A DNA stretch of 64,000 bases from Malacoraja senta (lineage: Eukaryota). Within the stretch, counting starts at the first letter, position 1; the number at the start of each line of letters is the position of its first letter. The translations under genes were made by a program, and so were the position numbers. Below the pieces are notes generated by a model. The model ran no database searches. It was not told the origin of the DNA and worked only from the letters and a program-made list of their open reading frames with translations. The stretch is from assembly GCA_038087875.1 (NCBI GenBank), contig CM075990.1:17300001-17364000 (forward strand), given 5' to 3'. Shown in pieces: positions 1 to 12,851 of the stretch.

Positions 1-1756
1 TCCCCATATCCCTTGATTCCCTTAACCCTAAGAGCTAAATCTAACTTCTCTCTTGAGAACATCCAGTGAATTGGCCTCAACTGCCTTCTGTGGCAGAGAA
101 TTCCACAGATTCACAACTCTCTGGGTGAAAATGTTTTTCCTCATCTCAGTCCCAAATGTCCTACATCATCAGGAAATTTTTTCCTGCATCTGGCCCGTCC
201 GATCCCTTAAACATTTTATATGTTCTGTTCTTTCTGAAGAACAGTCTGAAGAAGGGTCCCGACACAAAATGGCACCCCTTCATTTCCCTCCTCAGATGCT
301 GCCTGACCCGCTGAGTTACATTCAAACTTTCTTTAATTTTCCATTGACTTCCTTTCTGTAGGCCAATAAAGTGTTTCGGCATCAGCTTCAGATCACTCTA
401 ACTACGGGTGCTTTCTGTACGGAGTTTGCACGTTCTCCCTGTGACCTGTGTGGGTTTTCTCCGTGATCTCCAGTTTCCTCCCACACTCCAAAGACCATAT
501 AACCATATAACAATTACAGCACGGAAACAGGCCATCTCGGCCCTTCTAGTCCATGCCGAACACTTACTGACCTGCAGGTTTGTAGATAAACTGGCTTTGG
601 TAAAATTGTAAATTGTCCCTAGTGCATGTCGGACAGTGTTAATGTGTGGGGCAGACTCAGTGAGCCGATAGGCCTGTTTCCATGCTGTATCTCTTAACTA
701 AACTAAAGATAGGAAGGCTGTAATACTGAAGAGGTTGTCTTTAGCAGGAACGTTGCAGTGAGAGGTGTAGGTATAGAAAGGTTTGATGGACTATGCAGAA
801 CAGAATGATTTAATTTGAACACCAGCCACTCTTTAGTTTAACCAAGGTTGCATCTTGCTACCACAATACTAAAGGGCAGAGTGCTTCCTCTGCTACAGTT
901 TCAGGTGCCCACAATGGGAATGACAAATTAATGTCTATTACAGCTTTCAATGGAAAATGCCCGACATAATTTCACCGCAGACTGATAAAATTTTGTCATT
1001 ATTTCTTACATTGTTTAGCTGGCAGGGCTTTAACTGAAACACTCAGGACTGTCAGGTAATTGAATCATCCACGGTCTGTCATAGCCTGATAATCTTCACG
1101 TTAGAAATTTCATTTTTCAGAATGATGATTGATCATGCTGACGGGAGGAGATTATGACAAATTGTCCAGACAGAGACAATGGATTAATCAACCCAGGGTA
1201 GTGGAATCACAGGAGGGGAGGCAGAGGCTGCGGAGAGCTGCCTTATATTCTCCCCCTCACACCAGATCACTCTTACCTCCCCCATTAGACGATATTGGCC
1301 CGATTTGTGCGGGGTTACCTCTGAGAGACTTGCCCTCTCACCCGGGGCTGGAAGGACAGGCAGCACCCTGACCCAGAGAGGAATAGGCCCGACTGAACAA
1401 GACAAAGGTCACACTGTGGACTGAGCTAATGGGTAAACTGGACAAAATGCAGCCAAACTCTGGGACACTGACCCAAGAAATGGGTATTTCTGAAGACAGG
1501 AGCTGGCTGTATTCCTCGGGCCCTGCCTGTGTTCTGACCCGCAGTAAGTCACTGCCTCAAACTAGACACTGCCATTAATCGGCACTGAACTGTCTTATTG
1601 CCAGCACCATTACACAGATTATTCAGTGGATTTGACCACTAATTATTTACTGTGGACCAGGAGGTATTTGTAGAGTCAACAATATTTGTCACCAGTATGT
1701 TTCTGCCAAACACATAGTGGTTTTGCCACACTAAATGCCATGCAATTAGCCAATAA

Positions 1757-2052
1757 ACAATAGATAATAGACAATAGACAATAGGTGCAGGAGTAGGCCA
1801 TTTGGCCCTTCGAGCCAGCACCGCCACTCAATGTGATCATGGCTGATCATCCCCAATCAGTACCCCGTTCCTGCCTTCTCCCCATATCCCCTGACTCCGC
1901 TATCTTTAAGAGCCCTATCTAGCTCTCTCTTGAAAGTATCCAGAGAACCGGCCTCCACCGCCCTCTGAGGCAGAGAATTCCACAAATTCACAACTCTCTG
2001 TGAGAAAAAGTGTTTCCTCGTCTCCGTTCTAAATGGCTTACCCCTTATTCTT
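1757..2052 (-). mobile_element. CR1 3' end, young subfamily with (TGTCTAT)n tail
   Basis: Nearly identical to 41905-42192, 37938-38226 and 16555-16866. Confidence 0.85.
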
Positions 2053-2261
2053 ACTCATCATAATGTGACTAGCTCACCTGACAGATATTAAAGTGTGTCG
2101 GTGACACCAGCAATTGCAGTGAAACAGTTTCCCTGTAGTGTACGGAACCATCTTACATCCAGTACAGATTAAGCCACAATATATTTACTGCTATGATTTT
2201 ACATGATAGATTACCAGGGTTTTTAAATAACTAGTTTCAACAATATGGAATTTGGTAGAAA

Positions 2262-2468
2262 AATGCCTTAAAAATATCCACCGACTTGGCCTCCACAGCC
2301 GTTTGTGGCAAAGAATTCCACAGATTCACCACCCACTGACTAAAGAAATTCCTCCTCATCTCCTTCCTAAAGGAACGTCCTTTAATTCTGAGGCTGTGAC
2401 CTCTGGTCCGAGACTCTCCCAGGTGTGGAAACATCCTCTCCACACCCACTCTATCCAAGCCTTTCACA
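2262..2468 (-). mobile_element. CR1 ORF2 C-terminal fragment
   Basis: KGLDRVGVERMFP..ESRTRGHSLRIKG..WNSLPQ. Confidence 0.8.
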
Positions 2469-2949
2469 CAGGTAGGGTGGTCAGAAACAAACTGATTGGG
2501 GATCCCAGTGGAACTGCCAGCTACACCCACTGCTATCCGGCCCCACATATCCGCCTGCTTATCTTTCATCAGAAATGGGTGAGGTGGGTCAAAACCACAA
2601 CGACTGCTCCAGGAGGGAAAGTGGTTGCAGCTAAATGACAGTGGAGGCGGCATTAACTATCAGTGTCTGATATGTTGTTCCATAATCGCTGGAAGTTGTG
2701 ACGTCTCTCATAACGCTCGGAAAGAAGGAGGATGTTGGGACATTTTTCCGTACTGTACGCTCCTATATTTAATCCCTCAAATGAGAGGCTGGTGTAACCC
2801 GAGCTATCCCGTCTACTTCCTTTCCCACTTGCAGCTGTACAGGATTATCCCGGAGCAATCATCAGCAGTAGGTTTCCTGCACCCCAGATTATGCACCAGA
2901 AAATCCCAGATTTATGGAGGTTCAGAATGGTTCATCCAGAACATAGAAC

Positions 2950-3256
2950 AGGGGTCACACTTTAAGAATAAGGGGTGGGCCATTTGGGACTGAGATGAGG
3001 AAAAACATTTTCACCCAGAAAGTTGTGAATCTGTGAAATTATCTGCCACAGAAGGCAGTGGAGGCCAATTCACTGGATGTTTTCAAGAGAGAGTTAGATT
3101 TAGCTCTTCGGGCTAACAGAATCAAGGGATATGGGGAGAAAGCAGGAACGGGGTACTGATTGTGGATGATCAGCCATGATCATATTGAATGGTGGTGCTG
3201 GCTCGAAGGGCCAAATGGGCTACTCCTGCACCTATTTTCTATGTTTCTATATTTCT
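2950..3256 (+). mobile_element. CR1 3' end
   Basis: CR1 ORF2 end, 3' UTR and tttctat tail; similar to 58272-58513 and 1-150. Confidence 0.8.
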
Positions 3257-3679
3257 AGAACAGTACAGCACAGGAACCAGCCCTTCGGCCCTCAATGTCT
3301 GTGCCAAGATCAACATTTATCTGCCTACACATAATCGCTGCATATGCAAGTGGTAATTCAAAAGCCTCTTAAACGCCACGATCATATCTGCCTTCCTGAT
3401 CTTGAGTCTTACTCAGTTATGTGCTACTGATCGCAGGTGTGAAATAGCTGGGAGGTTTATCAATCTGAAACATTAGCGATGTAACTCTCCACAGATGCTG
3501 CTCCAATTCCCTGTACATTCAGATTTTCTGCTTTATTTTTCTGAATTTCTTGGTGTTTTCAGAATTTACTATACACACTATATCTTCCGCTAGCAATGCT
3601 TATCCCTCTGCTATGTCTCTGCACCCCCCTCCTGCCCAGCTGCTACATCATGCTCTCTTTCACACTCAAACCCCTCCCC

Positions 3680-3848
3680 CATCTCTCTTTCTCTCTCTCT
3701 CTCTCACACACACACTCTGCCTTTCCTTTTCACTAATGGACACAATCTTTCTCTCTCTTTTGCTCTCTCACTCTCTCCCCCCTCACCCTCCATCTCACAC
3801 ACATTCTCTCTCTAATTCTCTATCTCTCTCTCTCTCTCTCTCACACAT
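3680..3848. repeat. Imperfect (CT)n/(CA)n low-complexity tract
   Basis: Direct inspection. Confidence 0.85.
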
Positions 3849-4204
3849 AGATTGGGATAGATTAAGAATGGTTTGCACAGCTTTGTTACGGAGAGATGCT
3901 AGCTGATTAATATGACTGGATTTTTGAAGGTTGTGTTGATGTGGATAGCGTGCTTGATGTGGTCTATGTGGACTGAAGTAAGAGCTAGACAAAAAAACTG
4001 GTCCACAACGTAAAAGCCTAAGAGATTTATTTTAGATTATCGTCAGGTGTACCGAGGTACAGTGAAACGTTGTTGCGTGCTAACCAGTCAGCAGAAAGAC
4101 AATACATGATTACAATCGAGCCGTCCACAGTACAGATACTGGGCCAATGTGTTCTTACAGCCTGTAAGCTCCTAAACCAACATGCAGGCTACAGGCAGGG
4201 CTTT

Positions 4205-4505
4205 TAAATACAGAGATAATAGCGCAGAAACAGGCCCTTCGGCCCACCGAGTCCATGCCAATCAGCGATCCCCACATATTAACACTACCCTACACACATT
4301 AGGGACAATTTTACATTGATACAAAGCCAATTAACCTACAGACCTGCACGTCTTTGGAGTGTGGGAGGAAACCGAACATCTCGGAAAAAACCCAGACAGG
4401 TCACGGGGAGAACGTACAAACTCCGTACAGACAGCACCCGTAGTCAGGATCGAACCAGGGTCTCTGGCGCAGTGAGGCAGCAACTCTACCGCTGCACCAC
4501 CGTGC
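4205..4505 (-). mobile_element. tRNA-derived V-SINE (HE1-like)
   Basis: A/B box head, V-domain gtttgtacgttctccccgtgac..cctcccacactccaaagac, CR1-like tail gggccgaagggcctgtttc. Confidence 0.85.
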
Positions 4506-5804
4506 CGTGCCGTGCCAAGAGAATTTTACAAGAGGCTTATCTTCACATCAAGAATAAGCAATTCTTCCATTTCTAGATGTAGAACTCAGCATCCAACTGT
4601 GAAATGAATTAGTGTAAAACTGAGAAGGGAATGAATAACACAACGCAGGAGAGTTGACATCATTCTTGGGCATGTTACTGCTCTTAACAAAATGCTTGCT
4701 TCTGGTCTCATTCCACACACAATATTTTTCTCAGTGAATTAAACCTACACATGGATTAGTATAAACTAAACAAATTAAAGTAAAGTACCTATTAAACACT
4801 AATTAAGGAGGAGAGCTGGTGATAGGGTAATAAACTAACATAGTCTACTATATTTTCCTGCGCTGAAGATATATTGGTAGCAGGTTTTAATTCTTCTAGT
4901 CTATTAAACAAGCACTTAGTTAAAAATCTGTCAGACATATTCTGCTACTTAAGGGACTGCAGTGATTTATAGAACTATTAGGATTCATTATCATTGAATA
5001 TGATGCTATCGCGGGCTGCTTGTAGAGTTTGTGAGGAATATTTGTTGTTTTACTAAACTGCTCAACAATTACAAGAACGGGGCATTTTGGTGATTATCCC
5101 TGAAATGATAGATGGAGTTGACTTTGTTGGTTGGATGCAGAGCAACGCTGGTGTGGAAGGGGTGACAGTGCTTCTGTAAAAGATGGTGCAGGCAACTTCA
5201 CAGTTGATTAACATGTTCATCAGGGAGCAGAGGTTAAACATTCATCTACAACTTGCACTGCACCACTGCACACTAATTGCACTCCTGGATATAAAGAGGG
5301 AGCCACGTTTATATCTTGATCTTTCCGATGATGTCATCTATGCTCATCTACATTTTCCTTCAGCTTCATCCCCTTTGATGCCTCATTTTCACACCTTACC
5401 CTTCCACATCTCTATGTCTCTCACTCTCTCTCCCCTGACTCTCAGTCTGAAGAAGGGTCTCGACCCGAGTTGTCAACCATTCCTATCCAGAGATTCTGCC
5501 TGACCCGCAGAGTTGCTCCAGCATTTTGTGTCTATCTTCATTGTAAATCTGCAGTTCCTTCCTATACAGCCATATTGATGTGTTGCCTTTGATGATTTCA
5601 CCATGTTCCAACGTGTTATTGGGCCAGTTAGTTACAGAGCACACACTCTTTCCCCCCCAATTTGTCCGTGCCAACCAGGATGCCTCATTTAAGCTCGACC
5701 CATTTCCCTATTTTTAGTCCATATCTCTCCAAACATTTCCTATCTATGTACCTGTCCAAGTGTATTTTAAATGTAGTTATGTACCTGTCTCAACTACCCT
5801 GTCT

Positions 5805-6299
5805 GGGAGCTAGTGGGTTGCCAGGAGGTGGAAAGTTCTCGTAGGTTGGAGCCGGTGCTGACCGGTGAATTTCATTGGCTCATTGGGAAAAAAAAGGTAA
5901 GCAGTAGTTTTCAGAACCGAGGAACCGACCGGTTGTGTTAAATGTCCGTCGAGCTTCACAGCTGTGTATCCCTGGCTTCTTAAAAGTTGTCCCACCCCTT
6001 CTCCCCCCTTCACCCCCTCTCCCCCTCTTTTAAAGGACTTACCGTACACTGTGCTTTAGCCGTCTTAATTACAGCGCCAACCTTCCTGTTCATCGCGGTG
6101 TGTGTCTGTATCACCTTGGCTTTGCACCGTTTAATTTCAGACAGCGCTCCCCTGCTTGCCCTGGCACCCGCCATGTGTGTGTGTGTGTGTGTGTTCCACT
6201 CTGACAGTCGCCGTTCCAGTTCTCCGTTGTTTACGCGACTACCGGCAACTTGACAGTAGCCAGCAGTCCGCTGAAAACTTGCCTCAGTGGGACAGGCCC
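5805..6299. mobile_element. Truncated PIF/Harbinger-like non-autonomous element
   Basis: Right end AGTGGGACAGGCCC followed by ATAA matches the MITE TIR; left TIR not found; CpG-rich interior. Confidence 0.5.
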
Positions 6300-7379
6300 A
6301 TAAGTGTTAAGGGATTGGAGTGATTTATAGACCTGTTAGGATTCAATATCATTGACTATGATACTATTGAAGGCTGTTGTTAGAGTTGTGAGAAATATCT
6401 GTAGTTTTAGTGAACAGCTCAACAATTACAGCAAATAGTGAGTTGCTATGAGGGATCGTAAACTAGGTGGCAGCATAAGCTGTGAACTAGTCGGGTTTGA
6501 CATTCAATGATCTGCCTGACCTGTATATCTTTGCCATGCAATCACTGGCATCTTGCCTTTGTACCCATCTCTGATGGGAAGCCATGGGTTTATATGGCAG
6601 CAACGCATTGGTTGAAAGATTATAACCACAATCTGTGGTTAGGGATGAAACGTAGACAGCCAGCAACACCAAGACCCTAACCACACTCATGCCATTCTTA
6701 CCTTGGGAGAGAAGGTAGAGGAGTCTGCAAATCATGACCAACAAATTCAAGTCCAATTAAGCTCTTGAACATTACACAAAACACTAACCAATAAATTATA
6801 GGTAGACAAAAATGTTGGAGAAACTCAGCGGGTGAGGCAGCATTTATGGAGCGAAGGGTCCTCGACCCGAAACGTCACCTATTCCTTCACTCCATAGATG
6901 CTGCCTCACCTGCTGAGTTTCTCCAGCATTTTTGTCTACCTTCGATTTTTCCAGCATCTGGGACTTGAGGCTTGATTTTCTTTTGTTTATTATATATTCT
7001 CAGTGAGGATTGTGTTACAGGCCTGTTACGTTGCTGCAAGTAAGAATTCCATGGTTCCGTTGTTGATGCATATGACAATTATACTCTCTTGACTCTTGAA
7101 ATGTATTCCTTCAATTTCCCCATCTGTAGCCCGACATCTTACTTCTGGAGGAAGTGCTATGGTGGTGATCAATTCCCAAGGCCCTGACATTTGGCACCAG
7201 GAAGGAGTTGTTCACTCTTTAAGATATTTAATTTGCTTCAGGAATTTTAAGTGTCACGTTGGTTTTCCTGGCTCTGACTGAAACTAGGGACCACAGAGTC
7301 AAGTGGGAGCCACAGTTTGCCAAAGGAGATCTGGCCCTAGTGGCTGTACATCCGTCTGTTCCATCAGCCCAAACGCCTA

Positions 7380-7682
7380 CACAGCACCTCATATTTTACT
7401 TGGGTAGCTTGCACCCCAGCGGTATGAACATTGACTTCTCTAACTTCAAGTAGCCCTTGTTTTCCCTCTCTCCATCCCTTCCCAGTTCTCCCACCAGTCT
7501 TACTGTCTCCGACTACATTTTATCTCTGTGCCACCCACTCCCCTGTCATCAGTCTGAAGAAGGGTCTCGACCCGAAACGTCACCCACTCCTTCTACAGAA
7601 GATGCAGCTTGTCCCGCTGAGTTGCTCCAGCATTTTGTGTCTACCTTAGATTTAAACCAGCATCTGCAGTTTTTTCCTACAC
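7380..7682 (+). mobile_element. Penelope-like element 3' fragment with hammerhead-containing terminal repeat
   Basis: ORF end QHLIFYLGSLHPSGMNIDFSNFK* (Penelope GIY-YIG C-terminus type) followed by CTGAAGAAGGGTCTCGACCCGAAACGTC. Confidence 0.8.
7550..7586 (+). ncRNA. Minimal type I hammerhead ribozyme motif
   Basis: CUGAAGA-A-GGGU(CUCG)ACCC-GAAAC-GUC core at 7554-7581. Confidence 0.7.
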
Positions 7683-8586
7683 ATCTACACAGACGTTCGG
7701 TAAATGGATTGCTGCCTCTCTTGCTGGAGAGCAGCTGTGAAATGCAAGCTTGCAACAAGGTTTTTCTTTGTATATGGGCTGGTTTAACAGGCGAGCATGC
7801 GCACAAAGATGTATAACAAGAAACAATCCCTTGCCAGACATGATCACTGTTGCTGAGACCAAGGAAAGATGAGGAGATCGAAATCACCCATCTTAATATC
7901 ACCGAGTGAATGCTCCAACGTTTATTTATTTATGTTTTAATGAGGTAAAATTTTATTTTAAAAATAGAAATACAATACATATATAATTCATGTCAAAGTA
8001 TTAAAAACCCTAACACCAAGCCTGACATACCCGCAGAAGCAATAAAACATCAATGTTGAAACAGCCAATTCAACCATTATGCCACAGAGCAGCAAACCTC
8101 AGCACAACATCCAATGTTAAATCGATGATAAAGGTCATCTTGGTGGTGTTGTTGGGGTGAAAGAGAAACTTGATGTGACTTTAGCACAGTCACTGCTTTG
8201 TCCTGCTTTTGTCTTGAATGTTCAGTTTGAGTCCAGTTGCGACAGAGACCGGGCACTAATGGCAAACTGGAAATTAGGAACTCGAATGAGGCATTTCAGT
8301 TTAGTTTATTGTCACGTGTACCGAGGTGCAGTGAAAAGCTTTTGTTGCGTGCTATCCTGTCAGCAGAAAGACAATACATGATTACAATCGAGCCATTTAC
8401 GGTGTACAGATACATGATAAGGGAATAATATTTGGTGCAAGATAAAACCAGCAATGTCCGATCAAGGATAGTCTAAGGGTCACCAAAGAGGTAGATAATT
8501 TAATGAGGTAGATACATTAAAAACAGTGTGTCAGCCACAACATGGAGCAGATGCAGGAAGCCAGAAGATGAAGTGAAGGGAGCAAA

Positions 8587-8782
8587 GTGCTGGAGTAACT
8601 CAGCGGGTCAGGCAGCATCTGTGGAGAACATGGATAGGTGACGTTTCACAGAGTGCTGGAGTAACTCAGCGGGTCAGGCAGCATCTCTGGAGAACATGGA
8701 TAGGTGACGTTTCACAGAGTGCTGGAGTAACTCAGCGGGTCAGGCAGCATCTGTGAAGAACATGGATAGGTGACGTTTCGGG
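8587..8782 (-). repeat. Three tandem 66-bp units of the Penelope-like terminal repeat
   Basis: gagtgctggagtaactcagcgggtcaggcagcatct.tggagaacatggataggtgacgtttcaca repeated, period 66. Confidence 0.85.
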
Positions 8783-10414
8783 TTGAGCATGGAAACAAGC
8801 CTGTTGGTCCAATTTACCAACCAAGATGCCTCATCTATACTCGTCCCATCTGCCTGAAGTCAGCCCCTGAATGTTGTCCCCAGCATCTGCAGGTGCCAGC
8901 TTCTGACTGTATTTGGGGACTGGGTTTGGTGTCGACGGTGGGCACGGAAGGAACTCGGGATATTGGAATCAAGTTGGAGTGTAAGCTTGAAGCACAGGAA
9001 CAGTTTCACCCACACTGAAGAGTGGAGCAGGCTCGAGCGGACATGGTCACCTCTGCATGTTGCCCAGAAGATCATCAGTAGATATGTTCATAACGGGACA
9101 TTCGCATGTTTCTCTATTCAGTTCCTAATCGCAGGTCTCTGTCGCTGTGAGGCAGCAGCTCTACCCGCTGCGCCACTGTGCCGCTCTTGATTCTTGTTTC
9201 TTGTGGTGTTTACAGAGTACTATGTTTGCATATCCGTTATGCTGCCGCAAGTAAGAATTTTGTTGTTCCATTTCGGGACAAATGACAATAAAACACTCTT
9301 GACTCTTGTCATCTGTAGCCGCTGGTTATCTCCACCAATCCTGACCCAACTTGTCATGTCATCTCCACTCTCCTCCCCCATGCCTGACTTCTTCCCCCCC
9401 CCCCCCCCCCCACTTCACCTGGAACCACCTATCAATGCCAGCCCTTGCCCCACTCCGTCACCTCTTTATACTGGCTACCTCCCCATCCACTCTTTCAGTC
9501 TGAAGAAGGTTCCCAACCTGAAACATCCATTCCCTTCCACGGATGCTGCCTGACACATTGAGTTCCTCCAGCACTTTGCGTTTTGCCTAAATAAATACAT
9601 CACCAAAATCGCCATCAGAATATCCTTTCATTGATGAGTACAACAACTAATTCAGAATTAACAAAACATTTATTCCCAATCACTGCTGTACAGTTTAATT
9701 TGAAAAATAAATTATAAGCCGCTTAATCCCAATCTGATAAAACATCAAATCCCCGGCCTTTTCAATGAGTGATTTAATAATCAGGCTCGTGAGTCTGCAA
9801 GGTTTTCAAACCTCTAATCCTCGTACATCAACATGAAATATATTGATTTCCAATTGAGTACCTTGCTTTAAGACTGGAATTGTAGAACATAAATAATATG
9901 ATCAATTTCATCCACATTTAAAATCACTCGTTCTTCCATCAAATGGGAAATATTCTCGTGACTAATGGATGTTTGATGGCTGCATTTATTATCATCAAAA
10001 TGTTGAATGGCTTTAACATTAGTATTTTATATTGTTCTCATCATACCGCATGTACCTGTGACCGCGTGGGTTTCCTCCAGGAGCTCCGGTTTCCTCCCAC
10101 ATACCAAAGACGTGCAGGTTTGTAGGTTAATTGGCCCACTGTAGATTGCCCCTAGTGCGTAGGGAGTGGATGTGGAAGTGGGATAACATAGAACTAGTGT
10201 GAATGGGTGATCGATGGTCGGCGTGGACTTGGTGGGCCAAAGGGCCTGTTTCACTGCTGTATCTCTAAACTAAACTGAGCTAAACCCTCTAGTCAAGAAA
10301 AAATCTCCAGGAGTCCAACGTTCAAGCAACTAGGAGTTTCTCAATCTTGGACTGCACCCCACCCCTCGAGAAGCTCGAGATCAGGAACGATCCATTCTAA
10401 CAGGATTGCCATAG

Positions 10415-10710
10415 TTTAGTTTATAGATACAGGGTAGAAACAGGCCCTTCGGCCCACCGAACCCGCCCCGACAAGCGATCCCCGCACACTAACACTATCG
10501 CACTAGGGACAGTTTACAATCTTTACCAAAGCCAATTAACCTACAAACCTGTACGTCTTTGGAGTGTGGGAGGAAACCAGAGCACACGGGGAAAATCCAT
10601 GCAGTCACGGGGAGAACGTACAAACTATGTACAGACAACACCCGTGGTCAGGATCAAACACGGGTCTTGGGCGCTGTGAGGCAGCTACTCTACCGCTGTG
10701 CCTCCGTGCT
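10415..10710 (-). mobile_element. V-SINE (HE1-like)
   Basis: Full head, V-domain and ctaaac tail. Confidence 0.85.
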
Positions 10711-11525
10711 GTCAATATGCAATAAAAGGATCTGTGAAAATGTGGGTTTAAGCATAATAACTGCGAGTATGTAATCATTTGAGAGTTAAAAGGACATTGT
10801 AATTCTACTCCTGATTCTACATTACAATAGCCAACTATTACAGTTGGAAAGAACCTTCTAGTGGAACTGTGTAGGAAGGAACTGCAGATGTGGGTTTAAA
10901 CTGAAGAAAGACACAAAAAGCTGGAGTAACTCAGCGGGACAGTCTTTCTCTCCAGAGATGCTGCCTGTCCCGCTGAGTTACTCCAGCTTTTTGTATCTAT
11001 CTCGTTGTGGAGCTGTTGCAGTGAACACTGTAGGCTGCATAGAAGCAATGGCTGTGGACCAGACCTCTGCAGTAGATAGCGGTCAACGTTTGGTACAAGA
11101 CACAGTCTAACAAAGTGGGTCTCAGCAGTTGAAGATTAAACATATTAAGTTCCATCTAGCAGGTATACTACATTATCCAACAAGAATACAGAACAATATT
11201 GTACCAAATTAATCCAATTGGAAAGCATTTTTTTAACCCAGAAATGGAAGAGAATGTGGAACTGGGTACCAAGGGGATGGTCTAGACTCATTTAAAAGGA
11301 ATATAATAGAGCTGGGAATAGAGACGTGTAACAGGGATAGCTGGGGAAAAGTAGGAATGCATTGAAACATTAGTATTGGAATGATTCAATAACTTATTGC
11401 AACGCTGAATACATGTTGTATTCCATTTAATATCCGGTGATGAATCCTAACCAGTCCCGGGTGGCAATTGCAAACACAAACAATTCTCCTTCGGGGGGGG
11501 AGTGGGAGCTTTGTGAGTTAACGGC

Positions 11526-11578
11526 TCAATCACTGCCCTTGAGACCTTCGGTTCTAGGTAAGTCTGTGTCTCTCTTCC
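11526..11578 (-). CDS. TMEM273: TMEM273 terminal coding exon candidate (GKRDTDLPRTEGLKGSD*)
   Basis: Strong acceptor tcttattttatattgcag; phase 1 frame contains KRD as in the recalled human C-terminus; TGA at 11526-11528; ATTAAA at 11426-11431. Confidence 0.55.
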
Positions 11579-12818
11579 CTGCAATATAAAATAAGATCAA
11601 ATATCATTTAAAAAAAAATCAAAACTCATTTCAAGACTGCAAACGAACAATTCTCAATAAAACGACTTCTTGTTTAGCTTCAACTTAACAGGAAATACAA
11701 CACCAGTTACCTCTTCCTTTAAGTAACTGCGCAATGATGCTTGAATTCAGTTTGTGGCTATTGGGAATTTGATTCTGAGTCAGAGGCCTTAGTGTGTGTG
11801 CTTCATTAGATCTGGTGGTGGTTACACAAATTCAGAAGCCTTGAAGAATGCAAGACCATAGTTGCACAGGGTCTCAAATGTACAGGAACAGAATGGTCAA
11901 GAGACCAATAGTTAAGAGTGTTAACTATTAAGGCTAGTTAAAGCAATATTAGACAAAATAAATAAATAAACAATAGTCCAATAAATTAATATTCAGTAAT
12001 ACTTGGTAACCAGACCATAATATTGCAAAGCTGATGTCCATTGTGTAACCAAAACAAAGTCCATAGTAGACACAAAATGTTGGAGTAACTCAGCGGGCCA
12101 GGCAGCATCTCTGGAGAGAAGGAACAGATGACCTTTTGGGTCAGACCCCCTGTCTGAAGAAGGGCTCTGACCTGAAACATCACCTGTTCCTTTCCTCCAG
12201 AGATACCGCCTGACCCTTTGAGTTGGTCCAGCCATTTGTGCCTATCTATCTTCGGTGTAAGTCAGCCTCTGCAGCTCCTTGCCACAGAAGGAGAGTGGTA
12301 TTTAACTTCATGACATTCCGTCTGAGTTTTGGATTGACAATCTAAGAATAACCAGACTGCTTCATTGTAACTGGTATGTTAACAGCAATGTGAGATCCGT
12401 GGCCAGAGCAGCACTACATCTAATCCTTCTTCTGTATTGTCTTTCATTCTGCTCAGGTTTGTGTAAATAAAATAAGATGTGGTTTACTGGCTTGGGGCAA
12501 ACTGGTCATCGTCTGTCATAGAACAGGAATGGGAACAGTCCCTTCAGCCCACAATGCCCATGCCTAACATGATGCCGAGTTCAACCAATCTCCTCTGTCT
12601 GTACAAGATTCATATCCCTCCATTCCCTGCACATCCATGTGCCTATCTGGAAGCCTTGTGAATGGTACTTTTGTGTCTGCTTCCACCACCACCCCCAGCA
12701 GCGCGTTCCAGGCACCCACCACACTCGATGTAAAAAACTTTCCCTCACATCTCCTTTAAAATTTGCCCCTCTCACCGTATAACTATGGCCCCATTCACCC
12801 TTAATGCTGGTACGTTAC

Positions 12819-12851
12819 CTTTGTCCCTGACCAGTTTTGACAGATTAGATT
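12819..12851 (-). CDS. TMEM273: TMEM273 exon 6 candidate (ESNLSKLVRDK)
   Basis: Acceptor aatttcctag, donor AAG|GTAACG, 33 nt phase 1-1. Confidence 0.55.

Noticed and set aside
4430..4505. tRNA-like heads in many repeats
   Set aside because: They are SINE heads followed by V-domain and LINE tail, not tRNA genes
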